A stretch of 64,000 nucleotides of DNA from NCBI GenBank assembly GCA_051530055.1, contig CM121343.1, forward strand, positions 32,389-96,388, read 5' to 3'. Position 1 is the stretch's first letter; every line of letters starts with the position of its first letter. Below the pieces are notes generated by a model. That model was not told the DNA's origin. It searched no databases and saw only the letters and a program-made list of their open reading frames with translations. A program made the position numbers and the translations under genes. The DNA is from Neoechinorhynchus agilis. Taxonomy: Eukaryota; Animalia; Acanthocephala. Positions 1 to 11,814 of the stretch are shown one piece after another.

Positions 1-3000
1 AAGGCAGCTTTAAAACTGACGATCCAAGAACTGGAGCATTCCTTCTACAAAACGTAAGTCTATTGGTGGAACGGTGGAACGCTGGATCCGTCCTTTCGAC
101 CATTACACCAGGAAGACAGCGTTAAAACTGACGATGTAAGAACTGGAGCATTCCTCCTATAAAACGTAAGTCTATTGGTGCAACGGTGGAACTCTGGATC
201 CGTCCTTTCGACCATTACACCAGGAAGACAGCGCTAAAACTGACGATCCAAGAATTGGAGCATTCCTTCTACAAAACGTAAGTCTATTGCGCAACGGTGG
301 AACGCTGGATCCGTCCTTTCGACCATTACACCAGGAAGACAGCGTTAAAACTGACGATGTAAGAACTGAGCATTCCTCCTATAAAACGTAAGTCTATTGG
401 TGCAACGGTGGAACTCTGGATCCGTCCTTTCGACCATTACACCAGGAAGACAGTGTTAAAACTGACGATGTAAGAACTGGAGCATTCCTCCTATAAAACA
501 AGTCTATTGGTGCAACGGTGGAACCTGGATCCGTCCTTTCGACCATTACACCAGGAAGACAGTGTTAAAACTGACGATCCAAGAATTGGAGCATTCCTTC
601 TACAAAACGTAAGTCTATTGGTGCAACGGTGGAACTCTGGATCCGTCCTTTCGACCACTACACCAGGAAGACAGCGTTAAAACTGACGATCCAAGAACTG
701 GAGCATCCCCCCGTAAAACGTAAGTCTATTGGTGCAATGGTGGAACGCTGATCCGCTCTTTCGACCATTACACCAGGAAGGCAGCGTTAAAACTGACGAT
801 CCAAGAACTGGAGCATTCCTTCTACAAAACGTAAGTCTATCGGTGCAACGGTGGAACTCTGGATCCGTCCTTTGGACCATTACACCAGGAAGGCAGCTTT
901 AAAAATGACGATCCAAGAACTGGAGCATCCCTCCTATAAAACGTAAGTCTATTGGTGCAACGGTGGAACTCTGGATCCGTCCTTTTGACCATTACACCAG
1001 GAAGACAGCGTTAAAACTGACGATCCAAGAACTGGAGCGTCCCTCCTGTAAAACGTAAGTCTATTGGTGCAACGGTGGAACTCTGGAGGATCCGTTTTTT
1101 CGACCATTACACCAGGAAGACAGCGTTAAAACTGACGATCCAAGAACTGGAGCATCCCCCTGTAAAACGTAAGGTCTATTGCGCAATGGTGGAACGCTGG
1201 ATCCGTACTTTCGACCATTACACCAGGAAGGCAGCGTTAAAACTGACGATCCAAGAACTGGAGCATTCCTTCTACAAAACGCAAGTCTATTGGTGCAACG
1301 GTGGAACGCTGGATCCGTCCTTTCGACCATTACACCAGGAAGGCAGCTTTAAAACTGACGATCCAAGAACTGGAGCATTCCTCCTATAAAACGTAAGTCT
1401 ATTGGTGCAATGGTGGAACTCTGGATCCGTCCTTTCGACCACTACACCAGGAAGGCAGCGTTAAAATTGACGATCCAAGAACTGGAGCATTCCTCCTATA
1501 AAACGTAAGTCTATTGGTGCAACCGTGGAACTCTGGATCCGTCCTTTCGACCATTACACCAGGAAGACAGCGTTAAAACTGACGATCCAAGAATTAGAGC
1601 ATTCCTTCTACAAAACGTAAGTCTATTGGTGCAACGGTGGAACGCTGGATCCGTCCTTTCGACCATTACACCAGGAAGGCAGCTTTAAAACTGACGATCT
1701 AAGAACTGGAGCATTCCTCCTATAAAACGTAAGTCTATTTGTGCAACGGTGGAACGCTGGATCCGTCCTTTCGACCATTACACCAGGAAGGCAGCGTTAA
1801 AACTGACGAGCCAAGAACTGGAGCATTCCTTCTAACAAACGTAAGTCTGGTGGTGTAACGGTGTAACGCAGGATCCGTCCTTTCGACCATTACGCCAGGA
1901 AGACAGCGTTAAAACTGACGATCCAAGAATTGGAGCATTCCTTCTACAAAACGTAAGTCTATTTTTGCAACGGTGGAACTCTGGATCCGTCCTTTCGACC
2001 ATTACACCAGGAAGACTGCGTTAAAACTGACGATCCAAGAACTGGAGCACCCCTCCTGTAAAACGTAAGTCTATTGGTGCAACGGTGGAACGTTGGATCC
2101 GTCCTTTCGACCATTACACCAGGAAGGCAGCGTTAAAACTGACGATCCAAGAACTGGAGCATTCCTTCTACAAAACGTAAGTCTATTAATGCAACGGTGG
2201 AACTCTGGATCCGTCCTTTCGACCATTACACCAGGAAGACAGCGTTAAAACTGACGATCAAGAACTGGAGCACCCCTCCTGTAAAACGTAAGTCTATTGG
2301 TGCAACGGTGGAACGTTGGATCCGTCCTTTCGACCATTACACCAGGAAGGCAGCTTTAAAACTGACGATCCAAGAACTGGAGCATTCCTTCTACAAAACG
2401 TAAGTCTATTAGTGCAACGGTGGAACGCTGGATGCGTCCTTTCGACCATTACACCAGGAAGGCAGCTTTAAAACTGACGATCCAAGAACTGGAGCATTCC
2501 TTCTACAAAACGTAAGTCTATTGGTGGAACGGTGGAACGCTGGATCCGTCCTTTCGACCATTACACCAGGAAGGCAGCGTTAAAACTGACGATCCAAGAA
2601 CTGGAGCATTCCTCCTATAAAGCGTAAGTCTATTGGTGCAACGGTGGAACGCTGGATCCGTCCTTTCGACCATTACACCAGGAAAGCAGCGTTAAAACTT
2701 ACGATCCAAGAACCGGAGCATTCCTTCTACAAAACGTAAGTCTATTGGTGCAACGGTGGAACGCTGGATCCGTCCTTTCGACCATTACACCAGGAAGACA
2801 GCGTTAAAACTGACGATCCAAGAACCGGAGCATTCCTTCTACAAAACGTAAGTCTATTGGTGCAACGGTGGAACGCTGGATCCGTCCTTTCGACCATTAC
2901 ACCAGGAAGACAGCGTTAAAACTGACGATCTAAGAACTGGAGCATCCCTCCTATAAAACGTAAGTCTATTGGTGCAACGGTGGAACTCTGGATCCGTCCT

Positions 3001-6000
3001 TTCGACCATTACACCAGGAAGACAGCGTTAAAACTGACGATCCAAGAACTGGAGCATTCCTCCTATAAAACGTAAGTCTATTGGTGCAACGGTGGAACTA
3101 TGGATCCGTCCTTTCGACCATTACACCAGGAAGGCAGCTTTAAAACTGACGATCCAAGAACTGGAGCATTCCTCCTATAAAACGTAAGTCTATTGGTGCA
3201 ACGGTGGAACGCTGGATCCGTCCTTTCGACCATTACACCAGGAAGGCAGCGTTAAAACTGACGAGCCAAGAACTGGAGCATTCCTTCTACAAAACGTAAG
3301 TCTGGTGGTGCAACGGTGGAACGCTGGATCCGTCCTTTCGACCATTACACCAGGAAGGCAGTGTTAAAATTGACGATCCAAGAATTGGAGCATTCCTTCT
3401 ACAAAACGTAAGTCTATTGGTGCAACGGTGGAACGCTGGATCCGTCCTTTCGACCATTACACCAGGAAGGCAGCTTTAAAACTGACGATCAAAGAACTGG
3501 AGCATTCCTCCTATAAAACGTAAGTCTATTGGTGCAACGGTGGAACGCTGGATCCGTCCTTTCACCATTACACCAGGAAGGCAGCGTTAAAACTGACGAG
3601 CCAAGAACTGGAGCATTCCTTCTACAAAACGTAAGTCTGGTGGTGCAACGGTGGAACGCTGGATCCGTCCTTTCGACCATTACACCAGGAAAGCAGCGTT
3701 AAAACTACGATCCAAGAACTGGAGCATTCCTTCTACAAAATGCAAGTCTATTGGTGAAACGGTGGAACGCTGGATCCGTCCTTTCGACCATTACACCAGG
3801 GAGGCAGCTTTAAAACTGACGATCCAAGAACTGGAGCATTCCTCCTATAAAACGTAAGTCTATTAGTGCAACGGTGGAACGCTGGATCCGTCCTTTCGAC
3901 CATTACACCAGGAAGGCAGCTTTAAAACTGACGATCCAAGAACTGGAGCATTCCTTCTACAAAACGTAAGTCTATTGGTGCAACGGTGGAACGCTGGATC
4001 CGTCCTTTCGACCATTACACCAGGAAGGCAGCGTTAAAACTGACGATCCAAGAACTGGAGCATTCCTTCTACAAAACGTAAGTCTATTAGTGCAACGGTG
4101 GAACGCTGGATCCGTCCTTTCGACCATTACACCAGGGAGGCAGCTTTAAAACTGACGATCCAAGAACTGGAGCATTCCTCCTATAATACTTAAGTCTATT
4201 GATGCAACGGTGGAACGCTGGATCCGTCCTTTCGACCATTACACCAGGAAGGCAGCTTTTAAACTGACGATCCAAGAACTGGAGCATTCCTTCTACAAAA
4301 CGTAAGTCTATTGGTGCAACGGTGGAACGCTGGATCCGTCCTTTCGACCATTACACCAGGAAGGCAGCGTTAAAACTGACGATCCAAGAACTGGAGCATT
4401 CCTTCTACAAAACGTAAGTCTATTAGTGCAACGGTGGAACGCTGGATCCGTCCTTTCGACCATTACACCAGGGAGGCAGCTTTAAAACTGACGATCCAAG
4501 AACTGGAGCATTCCTCCTATAATACTTAAGTCTATTGATGCAACGGTGGAACGCTGGATCCGTCCTTTCGACCATTACACCAGGAAGGCAGCTTTTAAAC
4601 TGACGATCCAAGAACTGGAGCATTCCTCCTATAAAACGTAAGTTTATTGGTGCATTGGTGGAACGCCGGATCCGTCCTTTCGACCATTACACCAGGAAGA
4701 CAGCGTTAAAACTGACGATCCAAGAACTGGAGCATCCCCCTGTAAAACGTAAGTCTATTGGTGCAATGGTGGAACGCTGGATCCGTCCTTTCGACCATTA
4801 CACCAGGAAGGCAGCGTTAAAACTGACGATCCAAGAACTGGAGCATTCCTTCTACAAAACGTAAGTCTATCGGTGCAACGGTGGAACTCTGGATCCATCC
4901 TTTGGACCATTACACCAGGAAGGCAGCTTTAAAACTGACGATCCAAGAACTGGAGCATTCCTCCTATAAAACGTAAGTCTATTGGTGCAATGGTGGAACT
5001 CTGGATCCGTCCTTTCGACCACTACACCAGGAAGGCAGCGTTAAAATTGACGATCCAAGAACTGGAGCATTCCTCCTATAAAACGTAAGTCTATTGGTGC
5101 AACGGTGGAACTCTGGATCCATCCTTTTGACCATTACACCGGGAAGGCAGCGCTAAAATTGACGATCCGAGAACTGGAGCATTCCTCCTATAAAACGTAA
5201 GTCTATTGGTGCAACGGTGGAACTCTGGATCCGTCCTTTCGACCATTAACCCAGGAAGGCAACGCTAAAACTGACGATCCAAGAACCGGAGCATTCCTTC
5301 TACAAAACGTAAGTCTATTGGTGCAACGGTGGAACTCTGGATCCGTCCTTTCGACCATTACACCAGGAAGACAGCGTTAAAACTGACGATCCAAGAACTG
5401 GAGCATCCCCCTGTAAAACGTAAGTCTATTGGTGCAATGGTGGAACGCTGGATCCGTCCTTTCGACCATTACACCAGGAAGGCAGCGTTAAAACTGACGA
5501 TCCAAGAACTGGAGCATTCCTTCTACAAAACGTAAGTCTATCGGTGCAACGGTGGAACTCTGGATCCATCCTTTGGACCATTACACCAGGAAGGCAGCTT
5601 TAAAACTGACGATCCAAGAACTGGAGCATTCCTCCTATAAAACGTAAGTCTATTGGTGCAATGGTGGAACTCTGGATCCGTCCTTTCGACCACTACACCA
5701 GGAAGGCAGCGTTAAAATTGACGATCCAAGAACTGGAGCATTCCTCCTATAAAACGTCAGTCTAATTGGTGCAACGGTGGAACGCTGGATCCGTCCTTTC
5801 GACCATTACACCAGGAAGGCAGCTTTAAAACTGACGATCTAAGAACTGGAGCATTCCTCCTATAAAACGTAAGTCTATTTGTGCAACGGTGGAACGCTGG
5901 ATCCGTCCTTTCGACCATTACACCAGGAAGGCAGCGTTAAAACTGACGAGCCAAGAACTGGAGCATTCCTTCTACAAAACGTAAGTCTGGTGGTGTAACG

Positions 6001-8100
6001 GTGTAACGCAGGATCCGTCCTTTCGACCATTACGCCAGGAAGACAGCGTTAAAACTGACGATCCAAGAATTGGAGCATTCCTTCTACAAAACGTAAGTCT
6101 ATTTTTGCAACGGTGGAACTCTGGATCCGTCCTTTCTGACCATTACACCAGGAAGACAGCGTTAAAACTGACGATCCAAGAACTGGAGCATCCCTCCTGT
6201 AAAACGTAAGTCTATTAGTGCAACGGTGGAACGTTGGATCCGTCCTTTCGACCATTACACCAGGAAGGCAGCGTTAAAACTGACGATCCAAGAACTTTAG
6301 CATTCCTTCTACAAAACGTAAGTCTATTAATGCAACGGTGGAACTCTGGATCCGTCCTTTCGACCATTACACCAGGAAGGCAGCTTTAAAACTGACGATC
6401 TAAGAACTGGAGCATTGCTCCTATAAAACGTAAGTCTGGTGGTGCAACGGTGGAACGCTGGATCCGTCCCTTCGACCATTACACCAGGAAGGCAGCGTTA
6501 AAATTGACGATCCAAGAACTGGTGCATTCCTCCTATAAAGCGTAAGTCTATTGGTGCAACGGTGGAACGCTGGATCCGTCCTTTCGACCATTACACCAGG
6601 AAGGCAGCTTTAAAACTGACGATCCGCGAACTGGAGCATTCCTCCTATAAAACTTAAGTCTATTGATGCAACGGTGGAACGCTGGATCCGTCCTTTCGAC
6701 CATTACACCAGAAAGGGGCAGCGTTAAAACTTACGATCCAAGAACTGGAGCATTCCTTCTACAAAACTTAAGTCTATTGATGCAACGGTGGAACGCTGGT
6801 TCCGTCCTTTCGACCATTACACCAGGAAGGCAGCTTTAAAACTGACGATCCAAGAACTGGAGCATTCCTTCTACAAAACGTAAGTCTATTAGTGCAACGG
6901 TGGAACGCTGGATCCGTCCTTTCGACCATTACACCAGGAAGGCAGCGTTAAAACTTACGATCCAAGAACTGGAGCATTCCTTCTACAAAACGTAAGTCTA
7001 TTTGTGCAACGGTGGAACGCTGGATCCGTCCTTTCGACCATTACACCAGGGAGGCAGCTTTAAAACTGACGATCCAAGAACTGGAGCATTCCTCCTATAA
7101 AACTTAAGTCTATTGATGCAACGGTGGAACGCTGGATCCGTCCTTTCGACCATTACACCAGGAAGGCAGCTTTTAAACTGACGATCCAAGAACTGGAGCA
7201 TTCCTCCTATAAAACGTAAGTTTATTGGTGCATTGGTGGAACGCTGGATCCGTGCTTACGACCATTACACCAGGAAGGCAGCTTTAAAACTGACGATCCA
7301 AGAACTTGAGCATTCCTTCTACAAAACGTAAGTCTATTGGTGCAACGGTGGAACGCTGGATCCGTCCTTTCGACCATTACACCAGGAAGGCAGTTTTTAA
7401 ACTGACGATCCAAGAACTGGAGCATTCCTCCTATAAAACGTAAGTTTATTGGTGCAACGGTGGAACACTGGATCCGTCCTTTCGACCTTTACACCAGGAA
7501 GGCAGCTTTTAAACTGACGATCCAAGAACTGGAGCATTCCTCTTATAAAAACAGTCCATTGGTGCAACGGTGGAACACTGGATCCGTCCTTTCGACCTTT
7601 ACACCAGGAAGGCAGCTTTTAAACTGACGATTCAAGAACTGGAGCATTCCTCTTATAAAACGTAAATTGCGCAACGGTGGAACACTGGATCTGTCCTTAC
7701 GACCATTGGCACCAGGAAGGCAGCGTTAAAACTGACGATCCAAGAACTTGAGCATTCCTTCTACAAAACGTAAGTCTATTGGTGCAACGGTGGAACTCTG
7801 GATCCGTCCTTTCGACCATTACACCAGGAAGGCAGCGTTAAAACTGACGATCCAAGAACTGGAGCATTCCTTCTACAAAACGTAAGTCTATTGGTGCAAC
7901 GGTGGAACTCTGGATCCGTCCTTTCGACCATTACACCAGGAAGGCAGCTTTAAAACTGACGATCCAAGAACTGGAGCATTCCTTCTACAAAACGTAAGTC
8001 TATTGGTGCAACGGTGGAACGCTGAATCCGTGCTTTAGGCCATTACACCAGGAAGGCAGCCGCTGAATCCGTGCTTTAGGCCATTACACCAGGAAGGCAG
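1..8100 (+). repeat. 112-bp tandem satellite, about 72 monomers in window and open at the left edge; monomer derived from the 3' coding end of a CRE-like RLE retrotransposon
   Basis: Monomer AAAACTGACGATCCAAGAACTGGAGCATTCC(T/C)...GTAAGTCTATTGGTGCAACGGTGGAACGCTGGATCCGTCCTTTCGACCATTACACCAGGAAGGCAGC recurs every 112 bp. It translates as KTDDPRTGAFLLQNVSLLVQRWNAGSV, matching the RLE C-terminus ...RAGAFLRQNISLAVQRGNAA of CRE copies in this window. Confidence 0.97.
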
Positions 8101-8524
8101 CTGGGTGGTCCAGAGTGGTGGGGTGAATGATTTCTGCTCCCGGAATTATTCTTGAGCTTTGCATATCGCATTAAAAATCTCTGCACGATTTATGATATTT
8201 TATCGTTTTACAGGACAGCAAAATTGTTTTTGGAATTATCCTTATTTAATCTGACAATGCTCACAAAAATCCGCGTTCAAGAGGACGAATGACTTGTTAA
8301 CATAGCTTTGAAAAATAAACGCTGGTCTCGCTATTGTTTAAAATGTCATTCTTGGCGGATACCCACTATAGCAGACCATAAACTCCAAAGCATACGTTGA
8401 TGATTTATTCATGGGTTGCCCTCATGTTCCCTTTTTAATTGATGTGAATAAGCACTTTGCGTGGTCGGAGAAATTTTGTTTTACATCAGAGAAGTTATAT
8501 TTCCACTTAAACTCTGATGAAACG

Positions 8525-8791
8525 TTAAGAGTTCGTACATCTCTCTGGACCCTCAGATACATCCAGGAGGCGGAACTCATCAGATAGCTTCCTCCCTTCG
8601 GCGGTATTTCGTTCCCTTTGGTTGTGCTGCGTCATCGGCGAACGTGGATTCGAACCCTTTGACCCTGAAACAGGGGTCCGGGGCCGGTTTGCATGATGTA
8701 GCTTTACATAATAATCGGTATCCAATTTCGAATAATCAAAAGTGTTTGTCCGGATAGTTTTAGTCCTCACGCGATTTAATTTAGAAGCCAT
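8525..8791 (-). other. Possible first coding exon of an unidentified host gene
   Basis: 88-aa ATG ORF (MASKLNRVRTK...) ending near a GTACG donor-like site; no recognisable domain. Confidence 0.25.
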
Positions 8792-8939
8792 AATAAATAG
8801 GCAATAAAGTCACAATCATTTAAACTTCTCTCTCCCCTCCCGCCGTTCCGGTTTCGTTTAATTTCACCTTAGAAATACGTCGAATACCAACGCCATAGTG
8901 GGAGTCCTTGAATTACCAATTTTCGGAATAATTTTCTGA

Positions 8940-11700
8940 AAGTACTTATAATAAAGTAATAATAAAGTATAAAACGTGCAATCACCACCGTCCGAAAAAT
9001 TGGAGCTTCTCTCCTTCCTCGGTTGTCGCTATAACGAGAGCAGCATTGCCTCGTTGTACTGCGAGGGAGATATTTTGTCGAAGGAATGCACCTGCTCGTG
9101 CGTTGCCGGTCGTTTCTCTCAATTTCTCCGAGAGATCCGGGTGCAGAGTGAGTGCCGAACTGCCAAGCGCTCCATACGTCTCTACTCCTAAGGGGATAAA
9201 ATAGTGGGTCCTTGCTAATTCTCTATATTTTCGTACCTTCCTCCCTTCCGCTGCACTGGCTGCACCTCCAGGGATTTCTAGAGAGTAGGAAATGTTGCTT
9301 ACTGCGAAAGTGTCAACACACGTGGCGTCCCAGAATAGGCATTTGCCCTCTCGCAAAGGAAAGACCGAAATTCCGTCAGGTCAACGATCGTGTAGTCGAC
9401 AAAGATGGGTTGGCTCCAAAATGTTTGTAAGTTCGCCGTTCTCAACGCCCGAGAAATTACGCTATTGATCACAGAATGGCGTGAGAACCTTCCTTCTGAC
9501 TTTCGGCAAATGAGACCGTGTCGCCCGAAAGCATCAACCAAAGACCCACATCGACAGCGATGGGGCGTGCATATCGGGAGACCAAGTCTTAAGGACACTG
9601 CGATCCTCGTTACCTCATCAGTGAGAAGAGTTCCCACAGATGCCAGAGGAACAGCCTCCACCCATGCCCCGATTCTCGTGTCGAAACTGCCAACAATCTA
9701 GCTCGGACGACCCCATCGCGAAAACCTGAAAGTAGAGAGCTCTGAGCTCTCGCGACGAGAGGTCTGTCCCAGATCTACTGTCTGAGGTCATTCGCAGGAA
9801 CATGGTTAGCTTCTGTCTGCTGGCACCGTTCTTCAACTGCCACCACAAATTCTTGGTCAAGACAAAACTTTTCCTTGAGAATTTTCTTCGCTATTGGTCG
9901 ACTCCCCTCATACGATCCAAGAAAGGCATGACACAGGCAATAAAGATTGTCGCCACGCCTCATCTGAGAGCTGGACATTTAAAATACGCTCGAGACAAGC
10001 CCTCACCTTGTCGTCGAGCTCAGCCAATCCTTTCTTGTGTTTGAAGATTGTTGCTGTGCGGACCTTATATAACAATTTCGGGATAAAGAGTGCGTTCTGT
10101 ATCATATAAATCATGCTTCGTGGGCCGAGAGAGCGCTGACCCTATCACACATCAACGAAAGTTTCCGTATGATGCGACCGATCTCAGCTTCCACATTTGA
10201 ATCAAATACGCAACTACCCAAGAGGCTGAGTTGCTCTGGAGTATGAGCTCTATGTCCATTCTCGAGGTGTCCCTAATCAGCGTCTCCAAATCGCGCAGTA
10301 CAACGGAGGGATCACCTCCGAGCGTAGCCGCATCCAAATACCAAGCGCTGAAGCTGGAATGGAGAGAGTGCACTATTGGATTTACTGTTAGGGAGAATGC
10401 GATTGGACCGAGAGGATCTTTATGCTGCACTCCTCTTTCGGACCAAATAAGGTGGTCTTCGAAAAGCAAAGAAGTCGCGGTCCCGTAGGCATTAAGAAAA
10501 TACTGGAAGGCTACTGGTACGTGATCCATATTAAAGGCATTCTGAAAATCACACTTAAGAATCACGCACGGCTCTGAATTCCTCGTAGTAAAGTTTCGGC
10601 GCGCGTGGACAATAGCTTCCGCCCCGCAGGATGTGCAGCAGCCCAGTTGGACCGAGCGAAGTTGCTGCCCGGTTTTCTCTGTGATGCGTTTACAGAGAAT
10701 TTTTCCTGTAAGTCGGCGTTTTTTGTGAGGGCACATAATGATGCTCCGAAGAATAGGTATTTTGCGAGGGAATTCAGGTCCTCCCCAGTCAGGCGGTCGA
10801 CTAACCGAGAAAGCGCACTTTCTAGAGATTTAGGAGGATCCATGTACCTTTGGCTCCTCATCAGTTAATATGGTATATGCAGTCGAGGGATGTCCGTTCG
10901 GGAGGTAATATCTGATCTGAAGGATTTCTATTCGGGTTGGAACTATCCAGCCAGGGACGGTTCGTCCGGGTGAAAGGACATCGTGTCCTTTAGGTGCTGA
11001 GGCCTTAGCTCGTCAAGTTCATGACTCGAACCATTTGCAAAAGATGAGATGGCCTCTTAACTCTAAAATTTGAGTGGGTGTCCTGTTTTGTATGGAAGGA
11101 TGTGGAATTTCAAAACCGCCACCACTGCATTGGTGTTTTGATCGGAGTATTTGTAGTGTCTCGTTGTCTCCTTCTGCAAAACTGTCGGAGGATGACAATA
11201 ACAGAATTCCTCCCGGAACATCTCCGCGCGCAAGCTTCGAAGAAACACGTTCAATCAGGGATCGCTTTGAAAAACGGCAAAGAGACCCTTGCTTCGTGCG
11301 TCCCTTACGAACCTCGCGAAATTTCATTTCGAAATTGTGAAATATCTGTTCGAAGGAAGTCACCCTTTCATTAATTGTTGATGTCAAAGACACCCCAGAA
11401 TCATCACTGGTGCAAAGGACTAAGCGCGGGAATGCGAAGAGCCGTGTCTATGATGGCGCACAGTTATTTTGGAGGCAATCGCTGAACAATCCCGTAAATG
11501 CTTTGGCGACCTGATATCGTGCGCCCCTTTGGATCCGTTTCAGGACGTTCCTGGGCAAAACCCGCACGATATCAGGTATCGAAATAGAGTCAGTGGTGAT
11601 ATGGGAGGTCCCAGGCATAAACAGATTGGTTGATTGTGGTGGAGAACCAGACCCGCTACAGCGGAGATCCCGGGGACCATGGGCAAACAACCCCCTAAAA
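8940..11700 (-). mobile_element. CRE-like non-LTR retrotransposon (N-terminal HGP..C.GSG motif, RT, CCHC plus restriction-like endonuclease), degenerate
   Basis: Fragmented frames give HGPRDLRCSGSG, ILKCDFQNAFN, GVQHKDPLGP, WYLDAATLGG, CRCG..DAFGRHGLIC, RHSVIN, WDATCVDT, FIPLGVETYG and AVQRGNAA, followed by an AT-rich 3' tail. Confidence 0.9.
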
Positions 11701-11814
11701 TTGGTTTCCTGCGATTGTCTCACTGGGAAAGATACTAAAAATTCACACAAATTAAAGAATAACTTACCGGGGAAACGCCCAACGCTACCGAGACACCAGG
11801 CCTGGGTGGTTTTG

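Noticed and set aside
677-7425. Short ORFs in the satellite arrays (also those in 36388-38045, 48994-52253 and 54437-58312)
   Set aside because: These are translations of tandem repeats with frames shifting per monomer; they have no independent coding support.
1-8100. CRISPR-like array
   Set aside because: Whole 112-bp units repeat with no unique spacers, there are no cas genes, and the context is eukaryotic.
1-8100. Hammerhead ribozyme in the monomer (CTGACGA-TCCA-agaac-TGGA)
   Set aside because: The stem is followed by GCAT rather than GAAA, and the sequence is explained as RLE coding DNA.
8510-8530. CTGATGAAACGTT as a hammerhead
   Set aside because: There is no stem II or separate GAAA; the core would have to overlap itself.
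11733-11768. Intron-like GTAAGT...TTTTAG on the minus strand between the two CRE copies
   Set aside because: No identifiable flanking exons; could be chance in AT-rich DNA.
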